Shown: positions 36,986 through 46,830 of the stretch, piece after piece
How the letters are laid out: every line of letters starts with the position of its first letter
Position numbering within the stretch: position 1 is the first letter of the stretch
Origin: Eutreptiella sp. 'Long Island Sound 2002'
Taxonomy: Eukaryota > Protista > Euglenida
Direction of reading: 5' to 3'
Length of the DNA: 64,000 bases
Assembly: GCA_964036045.1 (NCBI GenBank)
Contig: OZ038379.1
Location: forward strand, 76,632,001 to 76,696,000
Translations under genes and position numbers: made by a program
The notes under the pieces: model-generated
What the model saw: the letters and a program-made list of their open reading frames with translations, nothing else
Database searches by the model: none
What the model was told of the DNA's origin: nothing

Positions 36986-37179
36986 AAAGGAAGGCGTGGT
37001 GGTGGCCGGGGCAATGGTCGAAGACGGCCTGGGCAACATGCACAACAAGTGGTGGCGGAAGTTTTTTTTCGCCGGTTCAATCGAATGGTGTCCAAGGTAT
37101 TTATGCTAGTACGCAAAAGCCCAAAGCCAAATAAATGTATGTTTGATTCGTGTAGTACATTGCTCTCCCATCATTGCAC

Positions 37180-37388
37180 CTCAGGAGCGCATTGCTATTG
37201 AGAACGCATTCTCCAACATCAAGAAGTTTGGCCTTTTTCATCGAGCTAAGAGCCGAGGTGGATCGTACGAATATAATGAGTTGACCTACTTCTTCTTGGC
37301 AGCGTGTGTACTACATAATTGTGAGATTCAGTTTGATTTGCAAAATGGTTGCGAGCCTACAGCTGAGCGGCCATGCAAATGTGCATAG
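37180..37388 (+). pseudogene. DDE_Tnp_4-type transposase C-terminal fragment
   Basis: ERIAIENAFSNIKKF..FFLAACVLHNC matches the R-x2-IE-x-AF..C-x-LHN signature. Confidence 0.8.
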
Positions 37389-37599
37389 TAGATCACCAAG
37401 AGTGTTAGGAATTTAGGATTGTCAAACAATGCAAATGGTTGAACCTTTGATCTACGATTTGCATCATTGCTTTGTGGACCTTTGGGGAGGTTCGCTAAGG
37501 CGAGATCTCACAATTTGGCATGAACAAAGAACATTTTTAGTACTATCGAACTGCCTGTTTGAGGTATCTGTGGCTTTCCATCGATAGGGTAACACATTC

Positions 37600-38220
37600 G
37601 GCGACAGAAAGGCGACAGGGAGGCGACAGGGAGGCGACAGGAAGGCGACAGGCAAGCGACAGGCAAGCGACAAGCAAGCGACAGGAGAGCGACAGGTTAC
37701 CACGTTGGGCGACAGGGAGGCGACAGGGAGGCGACAGGGAGGCGACAGGGAGGCGGCAGGAAGACGACAGGCAAGCGACAGGCAAGCGACAGGCAAGCAA
37801 CAGGAGAGCGACAGGTTACCACCTTGGGCGACAGGGAGGCGACAGGGAGGCGACAGGGAGGCGACAGGGAGGCGGCAGGAAGACGACAGGCAAGCGACAG
37901 GAGGGCGACAGGGAGGCAACAGGAAATACCGACAGGGGACCGACGGGAGGGAACAACAGGAGAGCAAGAGGAGAGCGACAGGAAGGCGCCAGGCAAAAAG
38001 TAGCATGGCGACGGGAAACGACAGGAGGCGACAGGAAGCGACAGGATAGCGACACGAGGACGGCAGGAAAGCGACAGGGAAGCGACAGGAGAGCGACAGG
38101 GGAGCAACAGAACAGCGACGGGGGAGCGACAGGCAAGCGACAGGGGAGCGACAGGGGGCTGAAAGTGCCGAAACAGCGACAGGGAGGCAACAGGGAGGCG
38201 ACACGATGGCAACAGGAGGG
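37600..38220 (+). repeat. Subterminal (GGCGACAGGGA)-type minisatellite, right
   Basis: Dozens of CGACAGG units, same strand as the left array. Confidence 0.9.
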
Positions 38221-38420
38221 CGAGGTGGCCCGAATCTACTGGACCAGCCAGTTTGTCCAGCTCAATGTTGGTTCACGACTTTGTTTTCTTGCTATTGCCT
38301 GCTTTGTGCTTGCCAAGAGAATCAATTCAAATGGGGAAATTCATTTGAAACAATTTGATTTTGAAGTGCAAGAGATTGACAAAAGGGTTTTATGTGCACC
38401 CCAATTACAAGCAAAATACA

Positions 38421-39430
38421 CAGACTGCCTGACCCGGTAGGCATACCCTGCCTCCAAGGCTCTAGCTGACATCTGTATGCAAGGAGACGACACCGAGACG
38501 GCCAAAGCCTAGCGCAACGTCGAGCTACAGGAGAGCTTGGACAATGGGGACGATCATTGCTTGGTTGTCATGGCCCAGCCATGCGAGGACGACCAGAGCG
38601 AGCGGTCAGTCTCCCTTGTCCAACGGGAAGCCTCATTGGTGCGCGAAAGGCAAGCCACCACAGAAGCGTGGCTCCGCAACACCAAGGCGACCTCCCTGAC
38701 ATTGTGCATTGCTAGGGACTGAGATGAGCACTATGCCAAGTCAGAGTTCTGGGCCATCCATTGGGAGGCCAGCTTCAAGCCTGAACCTGAGCTGGCGCGG
38801 CCAGCAGGACTCTGTGTCGACGACAGCAAGATCTTTGTCTATAACAAGTTGCTGATCCCAGAGACAGGCATGGACCAGGTGGTCCAGGAATGGCACGACT
38901 GACAGCTCCTGCACCCGGAACTGGACAATATGCGCTTACAAATGAAACGGCGCGTCAAGTATCCTCCCGGCTTTTGCAAGGCACTCAAGGCAATTCATGG
39001 CTCAGGCCAAGTTTCACAGGCGGTCAAGCCGCCTAACGGATCACACGCCAGCAACGCCGATTGGAGCCCTGTGTCGGACGTCCCAATAGAGAGTGTGGTC
39101 ATCGACAAGTTCGCCATGCGCCCCGTCGGACACCGCAAAGAGGTATATAACTCTGTCATCGTCTGTGTCGACCAACACAGTGGGTACCTAATGCCGGTAC
39201 CCGCGCGGGACAAAGGGTGTCGGTGACGCCGTTTGGTTGGAGCGCCCCTCCAATCTCAGTGAGCACCGCCAAGCCACATATTACATCCCCTCTGAGGTCC
39301 AGAAGCAACTCGGCGAGGATACATATACCCTCAAGGTCAGGGAGCGCCTGTTCCGAGACCGGCATCACATCCAGATGAAGCCGCGCATTCCCGACCCCTG
39401 AGGCAAGCATGTCCAGTTTGACGACACCGA
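38421..39430 (+). pseudogene. Gypsy element right half: RH/IN linker and integrase with deleted catalytic core
   Basis: DCLTR*AYPASKAL; QEWHD*QLLHP; PIESVVIDKFAM..VIVCVDQHSGYLMPVP; then a jump to DAVWLERP..YYIP..GEDTYTLKV..HHIQMKP (integrase C-terminus). Confidence 0.85.
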
Positions 39431-40452
39431 CCTCATAACCACCGTTGATGGGTGTTTGCCCCCGTCAACCACATAATGAGCTCATTGGGTTCCACCTCAA
39501 TATACCCAAAGGGTTCTGTATTTTCTGAGTTACCTAGAAGTTGAACAATCTCATATACTTGGCGACCAAGTACATGGAAAAATAACCTCTTTGCATGCAC
39601 TCGCACACGGGGCATATCACATGACATGCCGGAAGCATGCAGATAAGACCTATGCAACACACTTGGCCATATGTTGTGCATGCAAACCAAAAATCGGCGA
39701 TACAAAATGAGGTGGATTCCTGACCCAGGCACATGCATGTGAGTTCAAGGACCAACGTTACAAAAGAATACAGGCAAACTATAGTCCTAGGGCACTAGGT
39801 TGGGTATAGAAGGCTATGGTAGGGTTGAACGCTATATTTGGGGTCATTACATGTGCCCATTTTGCGGGTGCACTCTTCCAAGAGGAACCCGCAAATGGAT
39901 CCCATATGAATTGGATCCCTTGTTCGTAACCCAAATCACTAATACAAATCACTTATAACCTAACCGCAGCCAAAGGACGCATGCAGACTGCACCCGAAGC
40001 GATGCAGTGCGATCAATGTGCGCCGGTTGTGTTTTCCCATTTATTTACGTATCAACGTTTTTGCACTATGCATCCCCTCATCCCCGGGGTGCTGGGGGCT
40101 GTGTAAGCTTTCACAGCAGGCTGTCATCTCTCAGTGTTCTGTATCCTACAGGGCCATGAGACTCAGAAAACTAAGCCTTTCTGGATGATGTTATGGTACA
40201 TCAATACACATATTCAGTGAAATATCAAATAGGCATCAGTTACCAGCGTCACCTACTTGTGCTGGGCAGTTTCAGCTACTACTGATATGTCTCGTGGGAT
40301 CTTAGTAAAAAGAAAAGTCCAAAAAAGAATGCCTAAGAGTGAAAACAGAAAAGATATGGTCTTGGGCACCTACTGGGTTTTGGGTGCTGGTGACACATAC
40401 TCCTGCTTTGCAGTTTCGGTTTCCCCTGCTCCTTTCACCTTTCGGCTGTCAT

Positions 40453-42801
40453 TCATTCATGAAGTATGTTGTGTGCTTCAGCAACAAAATCTGGCCACTG
40501 GTGATGTGTTTGCAGGCTGCCGTACATCTGTTGCATCTCTGAGAAAACTGGTGCTGCCTTGAATTTGGTGACTAAGTGTACAGTGGTGTGTGGCACGCTT
40601 GAGGACTTCAGGTACTGGATAAGCATGGGGCCAGACAACGATGGATCAAAGCAAATATCAATAAAAGTATTGGTTGACAGTTCTGGGCCTTTGTTCAGCC
40701 ACTCAGCCTCTTGTGAGAATTTATACAGGCCGTGCACGGTTTGTATGTCGAAGTTGGCACACAATGTGGCCAGGACAGAGTATATGTTATTGTTTTTGTC
40801 CGCTGAAGGTGGTGTGTCCTTTGCATGAATGAACCGGTCTGGGGAATCCGAGGAGGAGGACTGCAGTGAAGGCAGGTCCTCTGAAGAGGCATCAAATTGC
40901 TGTACTTCTTCAGTGTGTACAATATCAAAATCAGGAAGCTCAAAGGCGGGAAACTGTAACGGATCACCTTGTCTGGAGGAGTCTTCACTGCTGGATTGGA
41001 AATCTGGCTTATCGACGGACATCTCGCTGTCTGTAAGGAGGTCTGGCAGGTCATTGATGTCCGCCCATTTCAGCGACGTATCCAAAGAAGCATGTGGGTG
41101 TCGGTTACACGTGTCTGATGGGTGAAAGTTCGAAAGCGTTGTCGGTGCTCGCAATGAGCAAGACCAGGACACAGGGTCTAGAGGGAAGTAAATAGTATCC
41201 AGGAGGGGAATTGGATTATTTACCTTCCAGTCTTCATGGGACCCTGAGGGACGTATTGGCGCAGATGAAAACATTTCTTCTTGTTGAGAAGGGGTGTCAT
41301 ATACGGCAGGGTTGGCTGTTGTCCAGTAGTTCCTTGCTGCTGGCTTTGTTGTCGATTGGCATGAGCTTTCAGAACAGGTGGATTGACAGTCCCAGAATTT
41401 ACCCTCAGGAATAGACGAATCAGCGCTCGATGTGTTTGAAGAAGGAGTGGATTGATTAGACGAGTATAGCTTCGGCCATGGCTTTGCACTTGCATGCGGG
41501 TATTCAAGTATTCGTGCGGGTTTCGCTGTTTTTTCCAAGGAGGCCCGTTGTTTAATGCGTTGTCGTTCTCGGCATTGTTCACAGCGGTTGGGCACTTGTG
41601 GGTTTTTTTCCAAGAACCAGTGTACATTTGACATTGTGAGGACGAAAGATTTGCGACAAGCTTTGCACGAGTATTCAAGTAAGGAGGCTGATGTTACCTC
41701 CGGTTCTTTCTTGGGTGTCTTGCGGCGTGTGGTGGATTGCCATGCAGGTAGGTCGTTGTCTCCAAAAATGGCCTCGGAACTTGCTGCTGGCTTTTTGTCG
41801 TCATATTTTGGCTTTAGGATGCTCAAGAAGTTCTTGTACTCGAAACGAATAGTGCTGTGAGCGGACTGGGCATACGGATTGTGACTGAATCTGCTTTTGA
41901 TGCTTTTGGAGACGTGAGCGGTTTGCGAGTCATAGATCAGGGCTTGTCTTCGAAATACTGTCGGCTCATTTGTCTGCGACAGGGCATGGCGAACAGAAAG
42001 TGGTCGAGCACGTTCAGAATTTTTTGAAGGCGAATCGTAGGTCCAAGCGACTTGCAGGTCTGTAATCAACGCACGGCAGGAGAAGATATCGTCTGTGGAC
42101 GGATATTCTCGTGCACAGTCAGGAGTGAATGGCGGTGCGGGCGCTGGACCCGTCTGAGTGGCTACGCTCTCTAGGTGAGTAGAAGGATGTACTAGCGGCT
42201 TCGTGGAAGGCTCTGTTTGGATACCGGTATTGATTGAGGTACTTGACGCGGTTGGAGTCTCATAGTTAACGGTGATCGTCGTTGTTTGAGATTCATGAAA
42301 AACAGCCGGGGCGGAAAAGTGACATGAGCATTGCACGAATACGGTCTGAACAGCAGAGGTCTTGTATTCCCGTGCACGGTCTTGGGTGAACGGCGATGCG
42401 GGATTCGAACAATTCTGTATGGCTACGCTCTCAACACAAGTAGAAGAACATAATGGCTGCTTTGTGGAACACGGCTTCGTTGGGATATCGGCATTGATGG
42501 AAGTACAAAGAGTGGTTGGAACCTCGCAATTAGCGGCAGGCTTGATGGAGGACTGGATGTGGGCTTCATGGAAGTTGTTGTCATTCTCGTTAGCGGCGTC
42601 CCTTTTTGATATTTCTCCGTCGCTCACATGTGCAAACCAGCACCTCTGATGGCGATGATAGACACAGTGGAATCCAATTCTGCAGGCTGTCGTGGACGGC
42701 AGCGATGCTCTGTAGTTTTTTCGTAGAAAAACTCGAATTTGGTGAGTTCCGGATTTTGTTAGCGCAGGAACAATTGAAGTTAAGGGAAACGTTGAAATCA
42801 A
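40453..42801 (-). CDS. 782-aa intronless ORF with CCCH-type finger, zf-trcl-like zinc ribbon and S/T/P-rich linkers; possibly a TE ORF1/gag analogue
   Basis: CRIGFHCVYHRHQRCWFAH; CKACRKSFVLTMSNVHWFLEKNPQVPNRCEQCRERQR. 2.3 kb without a stop in non-repetitive sequence. Confidence 0.7.
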   Translation of the reverse strand: MISTFPLTSIVPALTKSGTHQIRVFLRKNYRASLPSTTACRIGFHCVYHRHQRCWFAHVSDGEISKRDAANENDNNFHEAHIQSSIKPAANCEVPTTLCTSINADIPTKPCSTKQPLCSSTCVESVAIQNCSNPASPFTQDRAREYKTSAVQTVFVQCSCHFSAPAVFHESQTTTITVNYETPTASSTSINTGIQTEPSTKPLVHPSTHLESVATQTGPAPAPPFTPDCAREYPSTDDIFSCRALITDLQVAWTYDSPSKNSERARPLSVRHALSQTNEPTVFRRQALIYDSQTAHVSKSIKSRFSHNPYAQSAHSTIRFEYKNFLSILKPKYDDKKPAASSEAIFGDNDLPAWQSTTRRKTPKKEPEVTSASLLEYSCKACRKSFVLTMSNVHWFLEKNPQVPNRCEQCRERQRIKQRASLEKTAKPARILEYPHASAKPWPKLYSSNQSTPSSNTSSADSSIPEGKFWDCQSTCSESSCQSTTKPAARNYWTTANPAVYDTPSQQEEMFSSAPIRPSGSHEDWKVNNPIPLLDTIYFPLDPVSWSCSLRAPTTLSNFHPSDTCNRHPHASLDTSLKWADINDLPDLLTDSEMSVDKPDFQSSSEDSSRQGDPLQFPAFELPDFDIVHTEEVQQFDASSEDLPSLQSSSSDSPDRFIHAKDTPPSADKNNNIYSVLATLCANFDIQTVHGLYKFSQEAEWLNKGPELSTNTFIDICFDPSLSGPMLIQYLKSSSVPHTTVHLVTKFKAAPVFSEMQQMYGSLQTHHQWPDFVAEAHNILHE

Positions 42802-44263
42802 TGGTTTTTGAAATCTTTAGCACATGAATCCGATTCAACAGAGGATTTTGTGTTTCGTATTATGTATGCGATCCCCGCGACGCACGCGCGCACACCCTCC
42901 CTTTCGTATCAACTTGGTGATCGCCGCATGCAACCTTCCCAAGCGCCCCAAGTGGAGCCCCACGTTGGAATCGAGGGTCTTTAGTATCAAAAAGTAGTGT
43001 GTTCAAGTGTTTGCCGGCTACTCGATCAGAACCAGCGATATTTTATTATATGTGTGGAGATTTGAAGTCAACTTTTTGTGCTTTTTCATCAATTTTGCTT
43101 TTTTTTGGCCGTCATGATATCAACTGGCAAGCCTGTATCTCCACGATACGCTGAATTCACATCGAGACCCATATATCTGCTCAAGGTACATACTTCGGTC
43201 CCCATCATACCTTAGGCCAAGCCAAAAAAACCACTTTGGCCGGGCGCACCAAGGTCTCCTTGTGGGCGATTTGGGTCGATCCCAAGTCATGGGCTCATTT
43301 GTGAAACGCACAATTCACAAATCCGGGCGGGTTCGGTCAACAACCAAAAGGTATGTCTGACACAATGGACTTGAATCCAAATTTAGGACATACACCCGTC
43401 CAAGTCGGACATGTGCCACTCTTGCCCCTGCCATGAGTGTGCGCATTTTGGGATTTTTTTGGCCATTTTGCAAAATTTTTACCCGACCTGCACCATGTTC
43501 CGCCCCCCCGCGTGCACAAAAGATGCATGGACCAATGGACCACTCTTGGTATGTTGCTTGTGCATATTCATTGCCACGACTCACATACCACGTGGGCGGA
43601 CCAGTCCGCCCACTCACAAGGAGCAAGGCAAAGGTAAGTGTGGGCAACTTTGCCTTTTTGGCACTTATGGGCTCAAGTTAGGCCGCCACCATGCGATGGC
43701 CAGTGGAGATCTTTAGGAACCAACTGTGTGTCAGCCCACATTGGACTCTCATTGGGTCCCACACAGAATGTTGAGTCCCGTCTCCAAGCCATAATGCAGG
43801 AAAACCCTTGGGGATTTTTACATTTATGGAACATTTTGGGATATGCCAAATCAGCCGATTTTGGACGCCAATTTTAGCCTTTGATGTGGCTTGTTGGCGA
43901 ACCCATATCTCCAGGCTCACTAGGAGTCCGCACCTAGGTTGAAGATCTAAACTTAGATATGAGTCTTAGGTCCCACCTCCCACCCTGTGAGCCACAGGGT
44001 CAACCTAGACTGTCTGGGCCACCCACGGGAACCAACCCAATTTTGCCTATTTCTTCCATTTCTGCAACCAGAATTGGGTGTCGTTACTGCTTGTATCGGT
44101 TTTCAGGGTCGGAGTGGATATGGGTCTGGGGACTCAAGCAACCTTCCTCCTTCCCAATATCCTGATCCTGACCCCTCGTACCCTTGTGCCTTGTGGCGTC
44201 TTGGGGTTCCTTTGTCAAATAGAGTCATCATGCTTCGCTACCGCAGCTTTGGCATTGGCTTAA

Positions 44264-44780
44264 TTACACCCTTTTGACCGTCAAGTGGTCAAGTAAGCCT
44301 CGCCAGTCTAGATCTACTCCCTTCGCCATCCAGTCTGGGGAGACTAAAAGTAGTCGTGCTTCTTCTAAGACGGTCTTCACCACAGCTTCTAGCATGTAGG
44401 GGGAAGAAGAAAGGGCGTAGCAAAGGCCCCGTTTCTCCCAACCGTACTTCAACGCGTTGTTCTCCTTTGTGCAGTTCAAAGAGTCGGACGTATTGTGGTG
44501 GTTGGAGAAGAGGTCTACCTTGGGCACCAGCTCGGTATCTCCCACTTCCGGTTCCTTGTAGGATTCGGCTTTCGGTCCTAGCATCAGGGTGTAGTTCTCC
44601 GTCCTGAACATCCACATACACGACCTTGTCTCGTTCACTTGCTCGGTCAAGGCCACAGTCTCCAACTGTCCAAGAGCTCTATGGATGACCAGGCGATGAG
44701 GGCTAAACTCTAAAGACTTGATGCAGGGGTTGGAGTTGATGAAATCCATGCCGAAGAAACAGTGGGAAGCGTCCATTTGC
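44264..44780 (-). pseudogene. Second LTR-retrotransposon relic: protease C-terminus followed by a Dam-like MT-type domain
   Basis: CFFGMDFI..(PR end); PKVDLFSNHHN..CTKENNALKYGWEKRGLCYA..VVKTVLEEARLLLVSPDW..WRGLLDHLT. Confidence 0.7.
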
Positions 44781-46830
44781 GGGACCAGGCAAGTGTGGGA
44801 AAAGCGGCACTAGCCTACAATGGCAGTGACATCGTACACTCCCAGGGATATCAGCATTTACCATTTACTGAGGTCATCCGGAAAGCGGCACCAAACCACC
44901 CCTTCGAAGAACACTGTGACCCCACCATTGTGAACATCATCCTGGCCTACCACAGTTGCGCCATTGAACAGAGCATATACCTCCGCACACCGTACAGCGA
45001 CCCACGCAAGTGGCACCCTTTCGGGCCGTCTATACTTGAGGTCTCCTGCACCAAAACACAGACACCGGGGCGCACGTGATCACGGACCTCCAGCCAGTGG
45101 CACAAACACCGATGCCGGAGCCGATTATACCCCCCAGCCCGACCAAACCGCAGCAACCGACCGGGGCCGGCTCCCCACCGCGGAAACAAGACCCGCCCCT
45201 GGACCCAATGGAAACCTTCCCTGTCACCAGCTTACTGCACGTCACCAAGCCGATCACGTCCAACCTCATCCCGGATAACTACTAGCTCCCCGGCGTCAGG
45301 GTCCATAAACGACACATAGCATCAACGTGGGTATTATCGACGTGCACTATAGAATCGAAATAGATCTTACCGGGGGTGACGACAGTTGACGCCATTCCAT
45401 TCATCACACCAGATCAATTGCACCTACCACCAGCAACACACCTCTTCATCACCACCCGGGGCACGGCCACCATTGAGGGCACGGCCCTAGCGGAGGACAA
45501 CCAACAGCCCCAGGCGCAGCCTACACAGGCAATCTGGGTGACCGCTACATGAGCCGCCAACATCACCATCGCACCGGACCCGGCGTGGGCAGCCATCCAC
45601 TACACACTAGACCCTGCCAGCTCCACCGACAACGACGGCTGGTAAGCACTCTGGGCCACGGCGGCCGAACACCTGAACAACAGCGCCGTCGAGAACACCC
45701 CCACCCCGCAAACCATGGAACCCGCGAAGCGCTCCACCCAGAAACACCTCTACAACGCCAAGCACACTGCCTGGCAATACCCCACTACACTGCACCCAGA
45801 AGCGGTAGCCGAACTCAAAATGACACTCTCCCTAGAGCATGCAGACACTCACAATGCCTACCAGCCTGGTGCGTTTACCACACAATGGCATTTCCCAACA
45901 GACACCGCCATGGTACCCCAAACCACCGAGCCCCCCATGACACCGTCCGTCACGGGACTCGCCCGGGCGGCTCAAACCATGGCACGCAGGGAAGGGGCCC
46001 TGCTGGACTGGACACCCAACATCCTCGTGGAGCAACGCGCACACCACAACGCCAACAAAGCACAACGGGCAGGGCGCCAAATACACCAATCAATATGGGA
46101 CAAAGATGGCAACCTCCAACCCCACAGCCCATGGATTGTACACTTCATCCCGGAGGACCACGGCAACAACCGCAAAAGCACTGAAGTGCCGATCACCCAC
46201 GCCCTGACACACGGGCACCTCCAGTACACCATCCCCACCTGCAACGCGGTCGTCACTTATGGGGCAGCACACAACTCCACGTACAGATTGCAACCCATCA
46301 CGAAGGGTACGGCATATACACTGTACACTTGGGCGCAATACGGCGCTATGCCTGGCCCGACGTGGCACCCAACACCAACCCCTCCAGGGGAGGAGCACCC
46401 CCCGGCAACGCACAACAAGACCCCGGAGAGGTGACAATCCAGCCGACACCCCACCCCCAAACATCATCAACTCCGCCCTCGCGAACGCCAGGATGCCCCT
46501 CATCCACACAGCGTGCCCTTACCCGGACGACACCACCCGGCGACGAACCGGGGGCACCATCGGACGGGCCCTGCACCATGACATAGACCGCGACCAAGCG
46601 ACCTGGTTGGATCAAGGGTCTATCACCTTCAGGGCGGGGGGGTGGCGCAACAGCCTACAACCGAAGAAACTCCGCAGGGTGGCGGGACCCTACATCCTGT
46701 ACCCTGTGCCTCCCGGCATGGATGTCCACTGCATCTCTCCAATGCATCACAATGCTACTGAACGAAGTCTGCTGCCTTTCCACTACCATATACTGCCGTA
46801 CTTTCCAAGGCCTAAAACGGAATTGTGATC
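44780..46830 (+). pseudogene. C/A-rich coding relic (probably a retroelement 3' region) with two 2OG-Fe(II) oxygenase-like segments
   Basis: SIWDKD..NAVVTYGAA..TYRLQPITKGTAYTLYTW, and LHHDID..DVHCISP..ERSL. Composition resembles the LINE sense strands in this window. Confidence 0.35.

Larger units (their letters stand above)
36695..38237 (+). mobile_element. Non-autonomous PIF/Harbinger-superfamily (PHIS) DNA transposon, 1543 bp
   Basis: TIRs AGATTGGGGCCACTCG / CGAGGTGGCCCGAATCT; TSD ACT (36692-36694, 38238-38240); the empty site is seen in the 5' LTR (TATTACTGG); internal transposase remnant. Confidence 0.88.
19157..38420 (+). mobile_element. Nested LTR element without recognisable pol (LARD-like), 5-bp TSD CAGAC
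   Basis: CAGAC at 19152-19156 and 38421-38425; termini TGTAATAC..AAATACA. Removing the element plus one TSD restores the gypsy frame GCA GAC TGC CTG ACC CGG (ADCLTR). Confidence 0.9.
36221..38420 (+). repeat. 3' LTR of the nested element, interrupted by a DNA transposon
   Basis: Homologous to 19172-19826, roughly 10-15% diverged by eye; ends AATACA. Confidence 0.88.

Noticed and set aside
36605-38440. Arg/Gln-rich and Cys/Pro-rich ORFs
   Set aside because: Translations of the CGACAGG minisatellite.
39752-39762. GTTACA as a possible 3' LTR end of the outer gypsy element
   Set aside because: No matching LTR start, PPT or 5' LTR partner was found in the window.
43120-43950. Possible MITE/DNA-transposon terminal region
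   Set aside because: No TIR pair or TSD could be identified by eye.
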